Assembly (NCBI GenBank): GCA_046861655.1 | Contig: JBHIAI010000029.1 | Span: forward strand, 1 to 17,285 | Direction: 5' to 3' | Source: Fidelibacterota bacterium | GTDB lineage: Bacteria; Fidelibacterota; Marinisomatia; Marinisomatales; S15-B10 | Length of the DNA stretch: 17,285 nt | Part shown: piece after piece, positions 1 to 9,800 of the stretch | Numbering within the stretch: position 1 is the first letter of the stretch | Layout of the letters: the number at the start of each line of letters is the position of its first letter | The notes under the pieces: model-generated | What the model was told of the DNA's origin: nothing | What the model saw: the letters and a program-made list of their open reading frames with translations, nothing else | Databases searched by the model: none | Program-made: the position numbers and the translations under genes

Positions 1-28
1 TCATGAGAGAGTGAAATCCTGGAATAGG

Positions 29-57
29 AAAAGGGCCGCGAAACGCGGCCCTTTTTT
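29..57. terminator. Intrinsic (rho-independent) terminator, probably bidirectional
   Basis: AAAAGGGCCGCG-AAA-CGCGGCCCTTTTTT: perfect 8-bp GC stem (33-40/44-51) with a T6 tail on + and a T4 tail on -. It lies 50 nt after the stop of the last minus-strand gene (108). Confidence 0.85.
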
Positions 58-79
58 CCATTCCGTCTGAAGTCGAAGA

Positions 80-100
80 TCCCGACGATTCTTGTCGGGG
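80..100. repeat. Short imperfect palindrome (REP-like hairpin) between stop codon and terminator
   Basis: CCCGACGA-TTC-TTGTCGGG (81-99): 8-bp stem with one G-T pair and no T tail. Single copy in the window. Confidence 0.35.
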
Positions 101-107
101 AACGCAG

Positions 108-2342
108 CTACTTCAGAAGAACCATCTTCTTGGTGGCACTGTAGTCGCCGGCGTCAATCCTGTACAGATAGACACCTGTGGCTACGGCCGTGCCAAGATC
201 CGTGGTACCGTTCCATATGACGCGGTGACGTCCTGCACTCCGGAAGTCGTTCACCAGAGTGGTCACCTTCTGACCCAGCATGTTGTAGACAGTGAGGGTC
301 ACATTGCCATCCCTGGGCAGGTCGAAGTTGATGGTGGTCACAGGGTTGAACGGATTGGGATAGTTCTGATGCAGGGTGAACCTCGAGGGAAGTCCCGACA
401 CTGCATCATCGATGGAGACGTAGGCATCAAACCACTCCAGTACCTGAGGCAGGGGACCTTCGGGATAGATCCCAATCCAGTGATACCCAGCACCGTGCAG
501 GGTGTCTACGCCAACTGCCACTGTGTTCAGGCTCAACACGTCAAACGCCAGGTAGGCTGTCTTGCTCCCGTTGGCCAGCTCCATACGGATTCCGGAAGCT
601 ACCGTATCCGCTTCTGGATCCGTCTGAGCTAACGAATCGAGAATGCCCGAGACACCCCAGAACGTAACTATAGCGTCCGCTGTAGCGTCTGCACCGTCCA
701 GCCAGTTGTCGGCTCCGATCTCGTAGTTCGGATCGTAGTTCAACAGCAGGGAATCGGACAGGAAGGTGAAGAGCTCCCCGGAAACGCTGTCGTCCTGAAC
801 AGGAATCAGTCTCGACACCCCCGTGGCACCACCACTGATGTCTGGATAGGTTTGATCCACGCCCATGTAGTCGTAGGGAAAGTCACCGGCTACGAAGTCC
901 GTCGGATCCCATCCGTCAAAGCAGTAGTTCATCCATTCGTCACCGGACACGGCGAAGTTCTTCAACCCTTCATCCAGCCAGGTATCCGGCACGGCGTTAC
1001 ACTCGTAGAGGGGATCATTGTCCAGTTGGACGATGGTCTCATAGTTGGGATACAGGGAAGCAGGTGCAGGACCGATATTGGCCACATTCCAGATATCATG
1101 GGGCCACTCGCCCAGGAGACCGTACAGCCAGTAGAATTCAATGTAGACGTCGGGCCAGTCGCCGTCGTTAATCAGGAGGCTGGTCTCCACGGGTTCGAAG
1201 ATGTCGTAGGTGAAGTGGGGACTTTCGGCCACGTTGCCTGCCAGGTCCGTCGCTGTAATGTAGTATTCCACCACATCTCCAGGGGACGCACCGGGTATGT
1301 CCGCCGCGAAGGTGTCCACATCCGCCGTCATTGCAACAGACGCGGGCGTTCCCCCATTCACAGCGTACCACAGGAGAGCATCAGCCACCCCTGCATTGCC
1401 ACTCACGGGATCGATGTCCGTGATGGTGGCAGACACTTCCCTGGGATCCGTCGACACCGTCGTCCCAAGGATGGTCATGTCCACGATGAATGGCGCCGGG
1501 TCTTCCACGTACTCCACGAGAGCGCCCACATCCCAGCCGAAGCTGCGAAGCCACCATCCGGCCTTACCCCGGGCTGCCGGGTCCACGTAGTTCTTGAACC
1601 CGTGATACGGCGTTACCACTGTACCCCAGGCACCGATGCCCCAGCTGTCGGGATTTATGGTGAAATCCTCAGCGAATGCAAAGGTGATGAAGAAGGGGGT
1701 ATCGATGGTGTCCGGGTAGCCCAGGACCGCCAGATTCTGCTCCAACCAGGTGTCCGTGCTGTCCATAGTATCGATGGACTTCTTGTAGAAGCCAATCCCA
1801 AGACCGGGCCACAGTTCAGCACCGATGGGTGGATCACTCCAGCATTCGTCGTCTCCTGCCAACCAGAATGTGTTCTCACCCATAAGGCCCTGTACTGTAT
1901 CCCCATCTACCACGTTCGCCCAGAATCCGACCCAACCTCCACCATCCACACAGGAAGATGAGGTCACTTCGCCATTGTACAGGGCGTCGTTCAGACCGAT
2001 GAAGATATCCCCTGTGAAGTCCGTATTGAAAAACAGGACTTTCTTCACGATGGCTGCCGCGGGAGGTTCAAGATACAGGCCCATGCTGTCGCCTGTGTCG
2101 AAACCGAAGGTGTAGTAGGTCCCGTAGTCAGGCCAGAACAGCTGAAAATCATCCGCGCTCAGGAACGCCTGAGGCTTTACCTCGGGAGCCGCTTTGGCGA
2201 ACTTTGTTAATTCCTTAGGAAATGCCTTCGCCTCGCTGTCAACCGGGTAATTCCTCCCATCGGGACTTAACAGAAAGTCCTGGGAAGCAAAGGCGAGTCC
2301 GGAAAGCAAGAGAAGTAGCACTCCCCCCTTAACCTTTTTCAT
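108..2342 (-). CDS. Secreted acidic protein with C-terminal T9SS type A sorting (Por secretion tail / FlgD-Ig-like) domain, 744 aa
   Basis: Signal peptide MKKVKGGVLLLLLSGLAFA. The C-terminus LHQNYPNPFNPVTTINFDLP...VYNMLGQKVTTLV...WNG...ATGVYLYRIDAGDYSATKKMVLLK is a canonical type A CTD. Internal Ig-like module (VSATITD...VEYYITATDLAGN). AGGAGG at 2350-2355 precedes the ATG. Confidence 0.9.
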   Translation of the reverse strand: MKKVKGGVLLLLLSGLAFASQDFLLSPDGRNYPVDSEAKAFPKELTKFAKAAPEVKPQAFLSADDFQLFWPDYGTYYTFGFDTGDSMGLYLEPPAAAIVKKVLFFNTDFTGDIFIGLNDALYNGEVTSSSCVDGGGWVGFWANVVDGDTVQGLMGENTFWLAGDDECWSDPPIGAELWPGLGIGFYKKSIDTMDSTDTWLEQNLAVLGYPDTIDTPFFITFAFAEDFTINPDSWGIGAWGTVVTPYHGFKNYVDPAARGKAGWWLRSFGWDVGALVEYVEDPAPFIVDMTILGTTVSTDPREVSATITDIDPVSGNAGVADALLWYAVNGGTPASVAMTADVDTFAADIPGASPGDVVEYYITATDLAGNVAESPHFTYDIFEPVETSLLINDGDWPDVYIEFYWLYGLLGEWPHDIWNVANIGPAPASLYPNYETIVQLDNDPLYECNAVPDTWLDEGLKNFAVSGDEWMNYCFDGWDPTDFVAGDFPYDYMGVDQTYPDISGGATGVSRLIPVQDDSVSGELFTFLSDSLLLNYDPNYEIGADNWLDGADATADAIVTFWGVSGILDSLAQTDPEADTVASGIRMELANGSKTAYLAFDVLSLNTVAVGVDTLHGAGYHWIGIYPEGPLPQVLEWFDAYVSIDDAVSGLPSRFTLHQNYPNPFNPVTTINFDLPRDGNVTLTVYNMLGQKVTTLVNDFRSAGRHRVIWNGTTDLGTAVATGVYLYRIDAGDYSATKKMVLLK

Positions 2343-2431
2343 GCCAGTTCCTCCTTTTTATTCGAGTTGCTGTCTGTCTGGGGTAGTTTATGATGAAACC
2401 CCAATAATTCCAATGCCAAATGTTTTGACGT

Positions 2432-3457
2432 TCAAAAACCGACTTTCAGCTCCAGGACATGGTTCACAGTGAAAACGTCCATGTCGCGGAAGGTGTAGTC
2501 CAGCCCCAGGTCCAGGCCCGTCATCTGGAGCTTCAATCCTCCCCCGAAGGTGAGTCCGTACAGATAGCTTTCCGCTTCCGTGGCGGCGAAGGAATACCCA
2601 CCTCTTAAGAACACAAAATCTCCGAAGGCGTATTCTCCCCCCACCCGGTATTCGTCGCTGGAATAGTTGTTGTTCTGGAACATGCTGCTTACGTGAACCT
2701 GGCTATTCCCCGGAAGGGCCATGGTGTAGGACAGACCCAGCTCCATGGTGGACGGCAGGTCAAAGGAAGCGGCATCGATCTTCACGAACCGGGGAACGTC
2801 ACTGACGGTACTCTGTCTCAACAGCCCCGGACCGTCATATTTCATCTGGGTCCCCACATCTTTGATGACCACACCCATGTTAAGACCCGGCACATTCACG
2901 AAATCGTGGTACTGGACACCCACGTCAACCGCGGCGCTCGTGGCACCCACTCGCTCGAACTGCTCCGAAATGATCTTGAAGGTGGCGCCCACGAAGACAC
3001 GGTCTGTCAGTTGCCGGGCGTACGTGACCCCTGCCGTGAAAAAGTTGGGGGAGAAGGTTCCTCCGGTCCCATCAGGTGCCTCTTCTGTCGTAAGGGGTAT
3101 GTCGCCGAACGACAGGGATTTGATGCTGAAGGCCAGGGACCCGAACCCGGCAAAATTGCCACTCACCCCGAAGTAATTCACGCCGATGTCGGCGAAGTAA
3201 TTCATGTGGGACACCAGGATATCGGCATTATGTTCGCTCCGGGCGATCCCGGCCGGATTCCAGAACAGGGCACCGATCCCTGAGCTCAGGGCCACTGAAG
3301 ACCCCCCCATGGCCAGGTCCCGGGCACCCACAGGAATCAGCACCTGCTCCGCGGCCGATGTCCCCACACGGTTCCTGCTTCCGGCATCCAGGCGGGAAGG
3401 GATTATCGCTGCCAGCACCGCAGCCCCCACCATAACCGACGAAATGAATGTTCTCAT
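2432..3457 (-). CDS. PorV/PorQ family (FadL-like) outer-membrane beta-barrel protein, 341 aa
   Basis: Signal peptide; family motif GTSAAEQVLIPVGARDLAMGG...ALFWNPAGIA; amphipathic beta strands; C-terminal Phe (LELKVGF). AAGGAGG SD upstream. Confidence 0.88.
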   Translation of the reverse strand: MRTFISSVMVGAAVLAAIIPSRLDAGSRNRVGTSAAEQVLIPVGARDLAMGGSSVALSSGIGALFWNPAGIARSEHNADILVSHMNYFADIGVNYFGVSGNFAGFGSLAFSIKSLSFGDIPLTTEEAPDGTGGTFSPNFFTAGVTYARQLTDRVFVGATFKIISEQFERVGATSAAVDVGVQYHDFVNVPGLNMGVVIKDVGTQMKYDGPGLLRQSTVSDVPRFVKIDAASFDLPSTMELGLSYTMALPGNSQVHVSSMFQNNNYSSDEYRVGGEYAFGDFVFLRGGYSFAATEAESYLYGLTFGGGLKLQMTGLDLGLDYTFRDMDVFTVNHVLELKVGF

Positions 3458-3540
3458 GCTAATGGCCTCCTTGAAACTGTATCCTAAAAACGCTTACAGG
3501 ATGACTCCATCAATTCTCAAACAACAAATTCCCCGAACGA

Positions 3541-6500
3541 TCAGTACGAACGCAGAACCTGCTGTTCCTGAACGATGGCCAGCTTGAGCACCGTCTCTTC
3601 CCCCAGGTCCGGCATATCAATATGGGCGACGTATACGCCGCTGGCAACAGGGAGATTAGACTCATTCCTCAAGTCCCATCTTAGAAACTGCGAGGCCGGG
3701 TCCGATTTGTCCTTTTCGGTGAGTGTCCTCACCAGGACGCCCGAAAGGGAATAGATCTTCACGACAACCGTTCTGGGCAGATGAGAGAAGGTAACGTACT
3801 TGTTGAGCCGGCTGGTCTCCCAGGTATTCATGCCCAGGTAAGGATTGGGGAAGACCGTGATTTTTTCGATCCTTTCCTTGGGTTCGTCGCCCGTGGCCGT
3901 TCGATCCACCTTGCCCACGCTGAAGGTTTTCACATCGCCATCCCTGACGCCCTTGAAGGTTTGAAACAGGACGGACGAACCTGCGGTCGGGGGATCCCCG
4001 GCGCCAGTGCCATCTACAACAACTACGTTCTCAATGACCCTCACTTGAGACGAGAAGAATATGGCTGCCCTGTCGCCTGTCGAGACGGAGAGTGTGTCAC
4101 CATCAGATGGATAGGAGACCTTGGTGATGTCCAGCTCATCGAAGGCAGGTTTTTCATCCACTTGGTCGTTGCCCTCCGTGTTCCACTCCCGGTCGCCTTC
4201 CCCATCGACTACGTAGGCAAAGATCTGGGCATCATCGGTGTCGCTCTCTGTGGCCCCCAGATCCCAAACTTCGAAGGGGGCCCTCATCCAGTACACCTGG
4301 GAAAGGAATGCCCCTGGGGGACCGGCCAGGACCCAGCTCCCCTCGGAGGTGAACCGGAGTTCGTAGTCGTTTTCATCGATGACGGAGCCCTCGTCATAAT
4401 CGGAAACAGTAAACCCCGTGGGAGCCGTCACGTCCTTCACCCCTGAGGAGGCATCTGCGAAGGTTACGGCGACCCCTCCAGCATAGAGAAAGCGGTAGGT
4501 AACAGCCCCCTCATCGTCTTCATCAGCCTCCCCGTCCCCGTCGTTGTCCAGGCCGTCGAACCCCTCTGCCTCGGGTCTGATTCTCTGTTGGGCCAGAAGT
4601 GTGTCCTGAGGGCTCGTGTCGGTGCGGATAAGGTCCACGTATTTCTTCCCATCCAGAATGGAATAGTGAATCTCAAACTCCTCCCCGTTGGGTGCCTCGG
4701 GATCGAGAATGACCGGCACTGCTACGGCATCGTTCCCGCCCACCACGTTGGTCACCGCCACTGTGTCGTCCAGGGAGTACGGATAAACCGTCTGTGGGTT
4801 TGCCTCGTGAGGTATGGCCGATCGCAACGACTGGGTTAGGGGACTTTCAAAGGTGTGAGTGGAAACATTCTCTGACATGTTGGCGTTGTAGGCACTCACG
4901 GCAAAGTAGTAGGTCTTTCCGTTAATCAGCCTGTCCCCCGTAAACGCATCCTCGGTGACTCTCAGGTACCGGGTGATGCCCGAGTTGACACCGAACTGAA
5001 CGGGCTTTTCGATGGCCACTCCCGCGTCGGGATCGAATACCGGCTGAAAAATGTACCCGGGCGCCGTCTTAAGATCGTAGGTGGCCAGTTTCTTGGCGTC
5101 CTCCTTACTGGCGGTGGGATTGGGAAGTTGGTACACATTGTACCCTTCGAATCTGTACCCCTTGATGTTGCTCGTTTCCGTAGCCTCCACCGCTTCCGGA
5201 GTCGATTCCCACTCCAGGATCAACTCCCGGTCCAGTTCCACGATATTCAGATTCGGAGCAGGAGGACCGCTGGGAAGATCGAACACGTTGTCGTAGGCCT
5301 CCTGGGCGAACAGGTCGTTAAACTTCAGGATGGCCACGCTCTGCAGGAAATTCTGACCCGAAGCTCCGATCAAGGCCACCACCACTTCCTGAGTATCGCC
5401 CAGGGCCATGGTAAAGGGACCGGTGGACATGGTCAACCGGCGGTCACCGGGGGAGTAGCCCATGCCGTCAAAGGGATTGGGAGCCCCGTCAAGGTCCCCG
5501 CCTCCCAGGACGGGATCCCCAGCCAGCTCGAGGCAGGTGGGATTGCCGAAATTATCCAGCACAGGGTCACAATCGGGATACTCGGGTCTCGGTTCGCAGC
5601 ACCGCATGAGATTATACCACTGGAGTGTCCCGTCATAGGTGTTCAGGTCCGGGTCAGACCGGGGCGAGCCCGCTGCGAACGGAACGAAGGCGGTCATGGC
5701 AAGATTGATGTACTGCTTTCTGTACTCAAAATCAAAAAGAGCGGAGTCGGTGGGATCCCCTGTGTAGATGATGGGACCCTGGAGAAAATCGTACCCTGCG
5801 GCCGGGGGTGCCAGGCCCCAGGAATCCCATACGTTGTCGCTGTTGGAACTGTTGTAGACGTATCCCAGGCTTAAGGCCGTGTCACTTCCGGCCAGATCGT
5901 CTGTGTACTGACCCATGTCGGGATCCACCCACTGGCTGACGTACATATCTTCAATGGTGGCATCCGAGGGCGAATTCGCCGTTCCCTTATAGATAAGGCG
6001 CAATCTCTTGAACACCACATTGCCCATGGGGTTGTCCAGGGCGTAGGACCAGTAGGTTTCCTGTCCTTCAAAGCCGATCGGGGGCGAGCCGTACAGAGCG
6101 CTGGTCAGTCCGGCATCGAGATCGTTATAGACAATCCACAAGGTCTGGTGGGCCCCGGGGACACCCGGAATATCCCCATCGGTATTCCACTCGTTTGATT
6201 CCGAATTCCAGGTGGCGGGCTGGTACCCTTCCACACCGTTGACTTCTTCGTAGGGGGCACCCAGTTCGGCAGGCCACTCATTCCAGTCCGTTTCATACCA
6301 GCCCCGGACGTCCTCGATATCTCCCGCGGTAACGTCTTCCACCGATCTTAGGAAGAAGTTGGCCGCGTCGTCGCTCAAATCCACGTTCACCCAATCGGGC
6401 CGGACCCTGTAGGGCCGCACTTTATCGCCGGCGACACCACCGGCCCCGATGGTCCCGGACTGGTTGCCGGACTTGTACGTGGAGCCTCCCACCCGAAGAT

Positions 6501-6795
6501 CGGGAGTGGCGCCGTCGTTCACAAACCCACCCCAGATCATGCCTTCGGAGAAGATGACCCCCGCTTTCCCTTTCGGAAAGGTACCGTTCCAGGAACCGTC
6601 GATCACCCAGTCATGGAAGCCGTCCCCCCGGACCCACACCGTGATATTGTTCACGTTCACCGTGGTCTGGGCGGGAGATTCATCCTGGGTCGATCTGTGA
6701 ACCCCGGACGGGGAGGATCTCCATCCCTTCTCCCGGGCGAAGCCGGAAGCGGCCATGACAAGGATCAGGAAAAATACAGAGCCTGCCTGCTTCAT
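3541..6795 (-). CDS. Large exported protein (~1084 aa) with variant T9SS-like C-terminal sorting domain; TBDR-associated
   Basis: Signal peptide MKQAGSVFFLILVMAASGFA; FN3-like module (PPAPNL...LILEWE...FEGYNVY...YYFAVSAY); C-terminal ITVFPNPY...VTFSHLP...KIYSLSGVLVRTL...WDLRNESNLPVASGVY. Start placed at 6795 because GGAG lies 9 nt upstream; the ATG at 6810 is the alternative. Confidence 0.85.
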   Translation of the reverse strand: MKQAGSVFFLILVMAASGFAREKGWRSSPSGVHRSTQDESPAQTTVNVNNITVWVRGDGFHDWVIDGSWNGTFPKGKAGVIFSEGMIWGGFVNDGATPDLRVGGSTYKSGNQSGTIGAGGVAGDKVRPYRVRPDWVNVDLSDDAANFFLRSVEDVTAGDIEDVRGWYETDWNEWPAELGAPYEEVNGVEGYQPATWNSESNEWNTDGDIPGVPGAHQTLWIVYNDLDAGLTSALYGSPPIGFEGQETYWSYALDNPMGNVVFKRLRLIYKGTANSPSDATIEDMYVSQWVDPDMGQYTDDLAGSDTALSLGYVYNSSNSDNVWDSWGLAPPAAGYDFLQGPIIYTGDPTDSALFDFEYRKQYINLAMTAFVPFAAGSPRSDPDLNTYDGTLQWYNLMRCCEPRPEYPDCDPVLDNFGNPTCLELAGDPVLGGGDLDGAPNPFDGMGYSPGDRRLTMSTGPFTMALGDTQEVVVALIGASGQNFLQSVAILKFNDLFAQEAYDNVFDLPSGPPAPNLNIVELDRELILEWESTPEAVEATETSNIKGYRFEGYNVYQLPNPTASKEDAKKLATYDLKTAPGYIFQPVFDPDAGVAIEKPVQFGVNSGITRYLRVTEDAFTGDRLINGKTYYFAVSAYNANMSENVSTHTFESPLTQSLRSAIPHEANPQTVYPYSLDDTVAVTNVVGGNDAVAVPVILDPEAPNGEEFEIHYSILDGKKYVDLIRTDTSPQDTLLAQQRIRPEAEGFDGLDNDGDGEADEDDEGAVTYRFLYAGGVAVTFADASSGVKDVTAPTGFTVSDYDEGSVIDENDYELRFTSEGSWVLAGPPGAFLSQVYWMRAPFEVWDLGATESDTDDAQIFAYVVDGEGDREWNTEGNDQVDEKPAFDELDITKVSYPSDGDTLSVSTGDRAAIFFSSQVRVIENVVVVDGTGAGDPPTAGSSVLFQTFKGVRDGDVKTFSVGKVDRTATGDEPKERIEKITVFPNPYLGMNTWETSRLNKYVTFSHLPRTVVVKIYSLSGVLVRTLTEKDKSDPASQFLRWDLRNESNLPVASGVYVAHIDMPDLGEETVLKLAIVQEQQVLRSY

Positions 6796-6835
6796 AGTAC
6801 TCTTCTCCATGTGTATGAATCGAAAAGTTGTCGAA

Positions 6836-9800
6836 CTAAAGCTCCAATCTTAATCCAAACCGGACCTGCCGGGGTGAATCGAACAGGTCGAACCCGTTCA
6901 GCCACCAGTTATGCTGCCGGTTCTCCAGATTCGCGGCGCGGTACAGGTCGCCGAATTCTTCTCCACGGCTCTCTATGACGTCTAGGCCGTCACCACTGGT
7001 CAAGAATCCGTCATCGTAAGCGTTGCCCGTGCCGTAATAGACGTTCGTCACATTCCGGGTATTGAAGACGTTCTGGACGTACACATAGGCGTTGAGATCG
7101 AGACCCGCCAGACTGAAGGTCTTGTCCAGCCTGACATCCAGGTTGGAATTCCACGGCGTGGTGGATGAATTGATGGGTTCGATGGGTTGTCTCTGCCGGG
7201 AGTCACCGTCGTTCAAGATCCCTCCCGTCATGGCATCCTCCTGACCCAATCCTCCGGGACTCACCGCCCGGGTGAACGGGTGTCCGCTGTTGAATGTGAA
7301 CAACAGGTTGATTCCCGATCTCTCCAGAATGGGGCCTCCATCCCCCAGACCGAACCGGTAGTCAAGATTCACTGATCCCCTGTGAGTCTGCTGGTACCTC
7401 AGGGGAATCACGATCTTGGGGGCAACCCGTCCCGGTCCTTCCAGGGCACCGCCGGCACTGCTGGCAAACGAGTTGGTTCCCCGGGCATCGCTGAACGTGT
7501 AGTTGATCTGGCCCAGGAGACGATTAGTTCGCCTCATCCTGAAACTCAATTCCAGGCCCTTTGTGGTGGCAAAATCCTGGTTCACGTAGACGGGATACTG
7601 GGAGATTTCCCATCCCGCGGCGGTTTCCACATGGTCGAACTGGATCTGTCCGCGGATATCCTTGTAGAATGCCGTCAAGTCGAAGGAGGCAAAGTCCGTG
7701 AACTGTTGGGTGAATCCCACCTCATACTGGGTGGTCCTCTCGGGCTCCAGGTCGTATCCCACGGGATTGGTGAAGTAGTACCCCCCGGTGAACACGAATG
7801 CTGAATACATGAGACCCCGGTACGTCACATCCAGGCCCGGAGGTTGAACGAATTTACCGTACTGCACATGGAAAACGGTTCTGTCGGTGACGGGGAAGGC
7901 AAAGCCAAGCCGGGGTGAGACGTACTCATAGGCCTGGCTCTTACCCACGTTTTCCAGGGTATATATCCGGGTATCCACCTCCGGCCGTGTGGGATCGGCC
8001 AGCTTCCACGTGTCCATAAAAATGTAGTCGTACCTCAATCCAGCGTTTATGATGATGTCGTTGTATTCGATCTTGTCCTGCAGGTAAGCCGAATAGAACT
8101 TGGGATGCCTGGGACCGTCAGGTCCCTTGTCAATGACGTTGCCGAATTCGTCAAACCCATAGATGTTGGGCGTGGTCTGAACCCGGACGATTCTCGCCAG
8201 ACTTGTGGCGTCCCGGGCGGAATCGGGATTGCTTCTCATAAAGCTCAACAGGGCCTGGGCTCCTGCCCGGCCTCCGCTGACGAAGTAATGCCTGACTGAC
8301 CAGTTCTCCGCCGATCCTCCCAATTTCAGCTCATGCCGCCCAACCTGGGAAGTAAACGCCACCGATCCTCCCAGGTAACCCCGCTGGTCCTTGGTGAGAC
8401 CACTCAGGAGGTAGCCGGGCCGGTGGAATTGAAATCCGTGGAAGTCATACGGCCTGACCCGGCTGGTGTAGCTGGGCTGAGCAGCCCATCCAAGATCGTT
8501 TTCTTCCGAGACCCGGGCCGCCTCCAGACTATCCGAGTAGGCCAGAAAATCATCCTTGAACCAGGGGTCGTACGTCTTCGTACGGCGATCCAGGAAATTC
8601 AGATTCAGTTCCAGAAAGCTGGTGCTGGTCAGGAAGTAGCTTGCCTTTGTATTGATGAGCACTTCACTTCGGTCGGTCAAGGGCAGCCTGTCCTGAGCAA
8701 ACAGGTACATAATGGGTAGGGTGTTAGACCGTTGGCGCTGCCAAGTGTAGGCCCCCGCCGTCTTTATTCTGAGGGGATGAAAATCCAGGAGAAGTGTCCC
8801 GTTGGCACCGTAGCGGTTCCGCATCCGTCCCGGAATATTCCCGGCGTTCCAGGAGAGAACCTCCATGTCCCCCTTGTCTCCACCTCTAACTCCCGTGTCA
8901 TAGACGGTATCCAGGGGCGTACCGTCGAACCACGTCGCGGGGGAACCGGACCAGAAGACGGGATTGTAATCCCGCATGAAATTATTCTCCCCCGCCAGGA
9001 AAAAGCGGACCCTGTTGAACAGGAGGGGACCACTCAACGTCACGACGTAGTCCGAATAGCCGTAGGAATAGGATCCCAGGACCTTTTCGCCGGGATAGTT
9101 TCCAAAGTTATCCGTTTCCCCCTGCAGGGACATGAACAGCCTGTCGCCACCGGTTCTGAAGTTTTGCTGGATGATGCCGGCGTTGGCGCCGCCGAATTCG
9201 GCGGCGTACCCGCCTGCCTGGACCAGCACTTCTTCCAGGGCTTCCGGAATGGTATTGATCAGGGAACCGCCGTCCCGGTCCACGATGTCCTTGGCCGATG
9301 CCCCCTCAATGTAGAATCCCACTTCGTCCGATCGGCCGCCCCGGATGTGAATACGATCGTTCTGAAGCACCACACCGGGCTGAAGGGCGAAGTACTCATT
9401 CGCACCGCGAACGGGCAGTTTCTCAATCTCGTCGGAAGTCACAATACGAACGGCATTGGTGGCACTTTTCTCAATCAGGGGCCGTTCAGCCACCACCTGA
9501 ATGGGCTCGGCCTCGATGGCCACCGACGACAGGGAAATATCCTCCGCGTAGACCGTCAATCCGGCTACCACCCTGACGTTGCTTAGGGTCACCTCCTGGT
9601 ATCCCACATACGTGGTTTTGAGGGAATAGGTGCCAGAAGGGACATCGAGGATCACAAAACGGCCCTCAACATCCGTGGCTGCTCCGAAAGAGGTTCCCAT
9701 CACGATTACGTTGGCCCCGATCAACGGCTCGCCCGTTTCCCGGTCGATCACCGACCCGCTGATCTTTCCAGTCTGGGCAAAAGCTGTGGAAGCCAGAAGC

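Noticed and set aside
1..28. Possible minus-strand start codon at 2-4 with AGGA upstream
   Set aside because: Only one codon is visible at the window edge, so it cannot be supported.
852..1961. 369-aa plus-strand ORF, and similar long antisense ORFs at 5128-5874, 8732-9586 and 14509-15546
   Set aside because: They lie wholly opposite well-supported genes and show no recognisable motifs; typical shadow ORFs of GC-rich coding DNA.
3481..3502. Weak hairpin ATCCT...AGGAT upstream of the PorV-family SD
   Set aside because: Short AT-rich stem with mismatches and no T tail; not distinguishable from chance.
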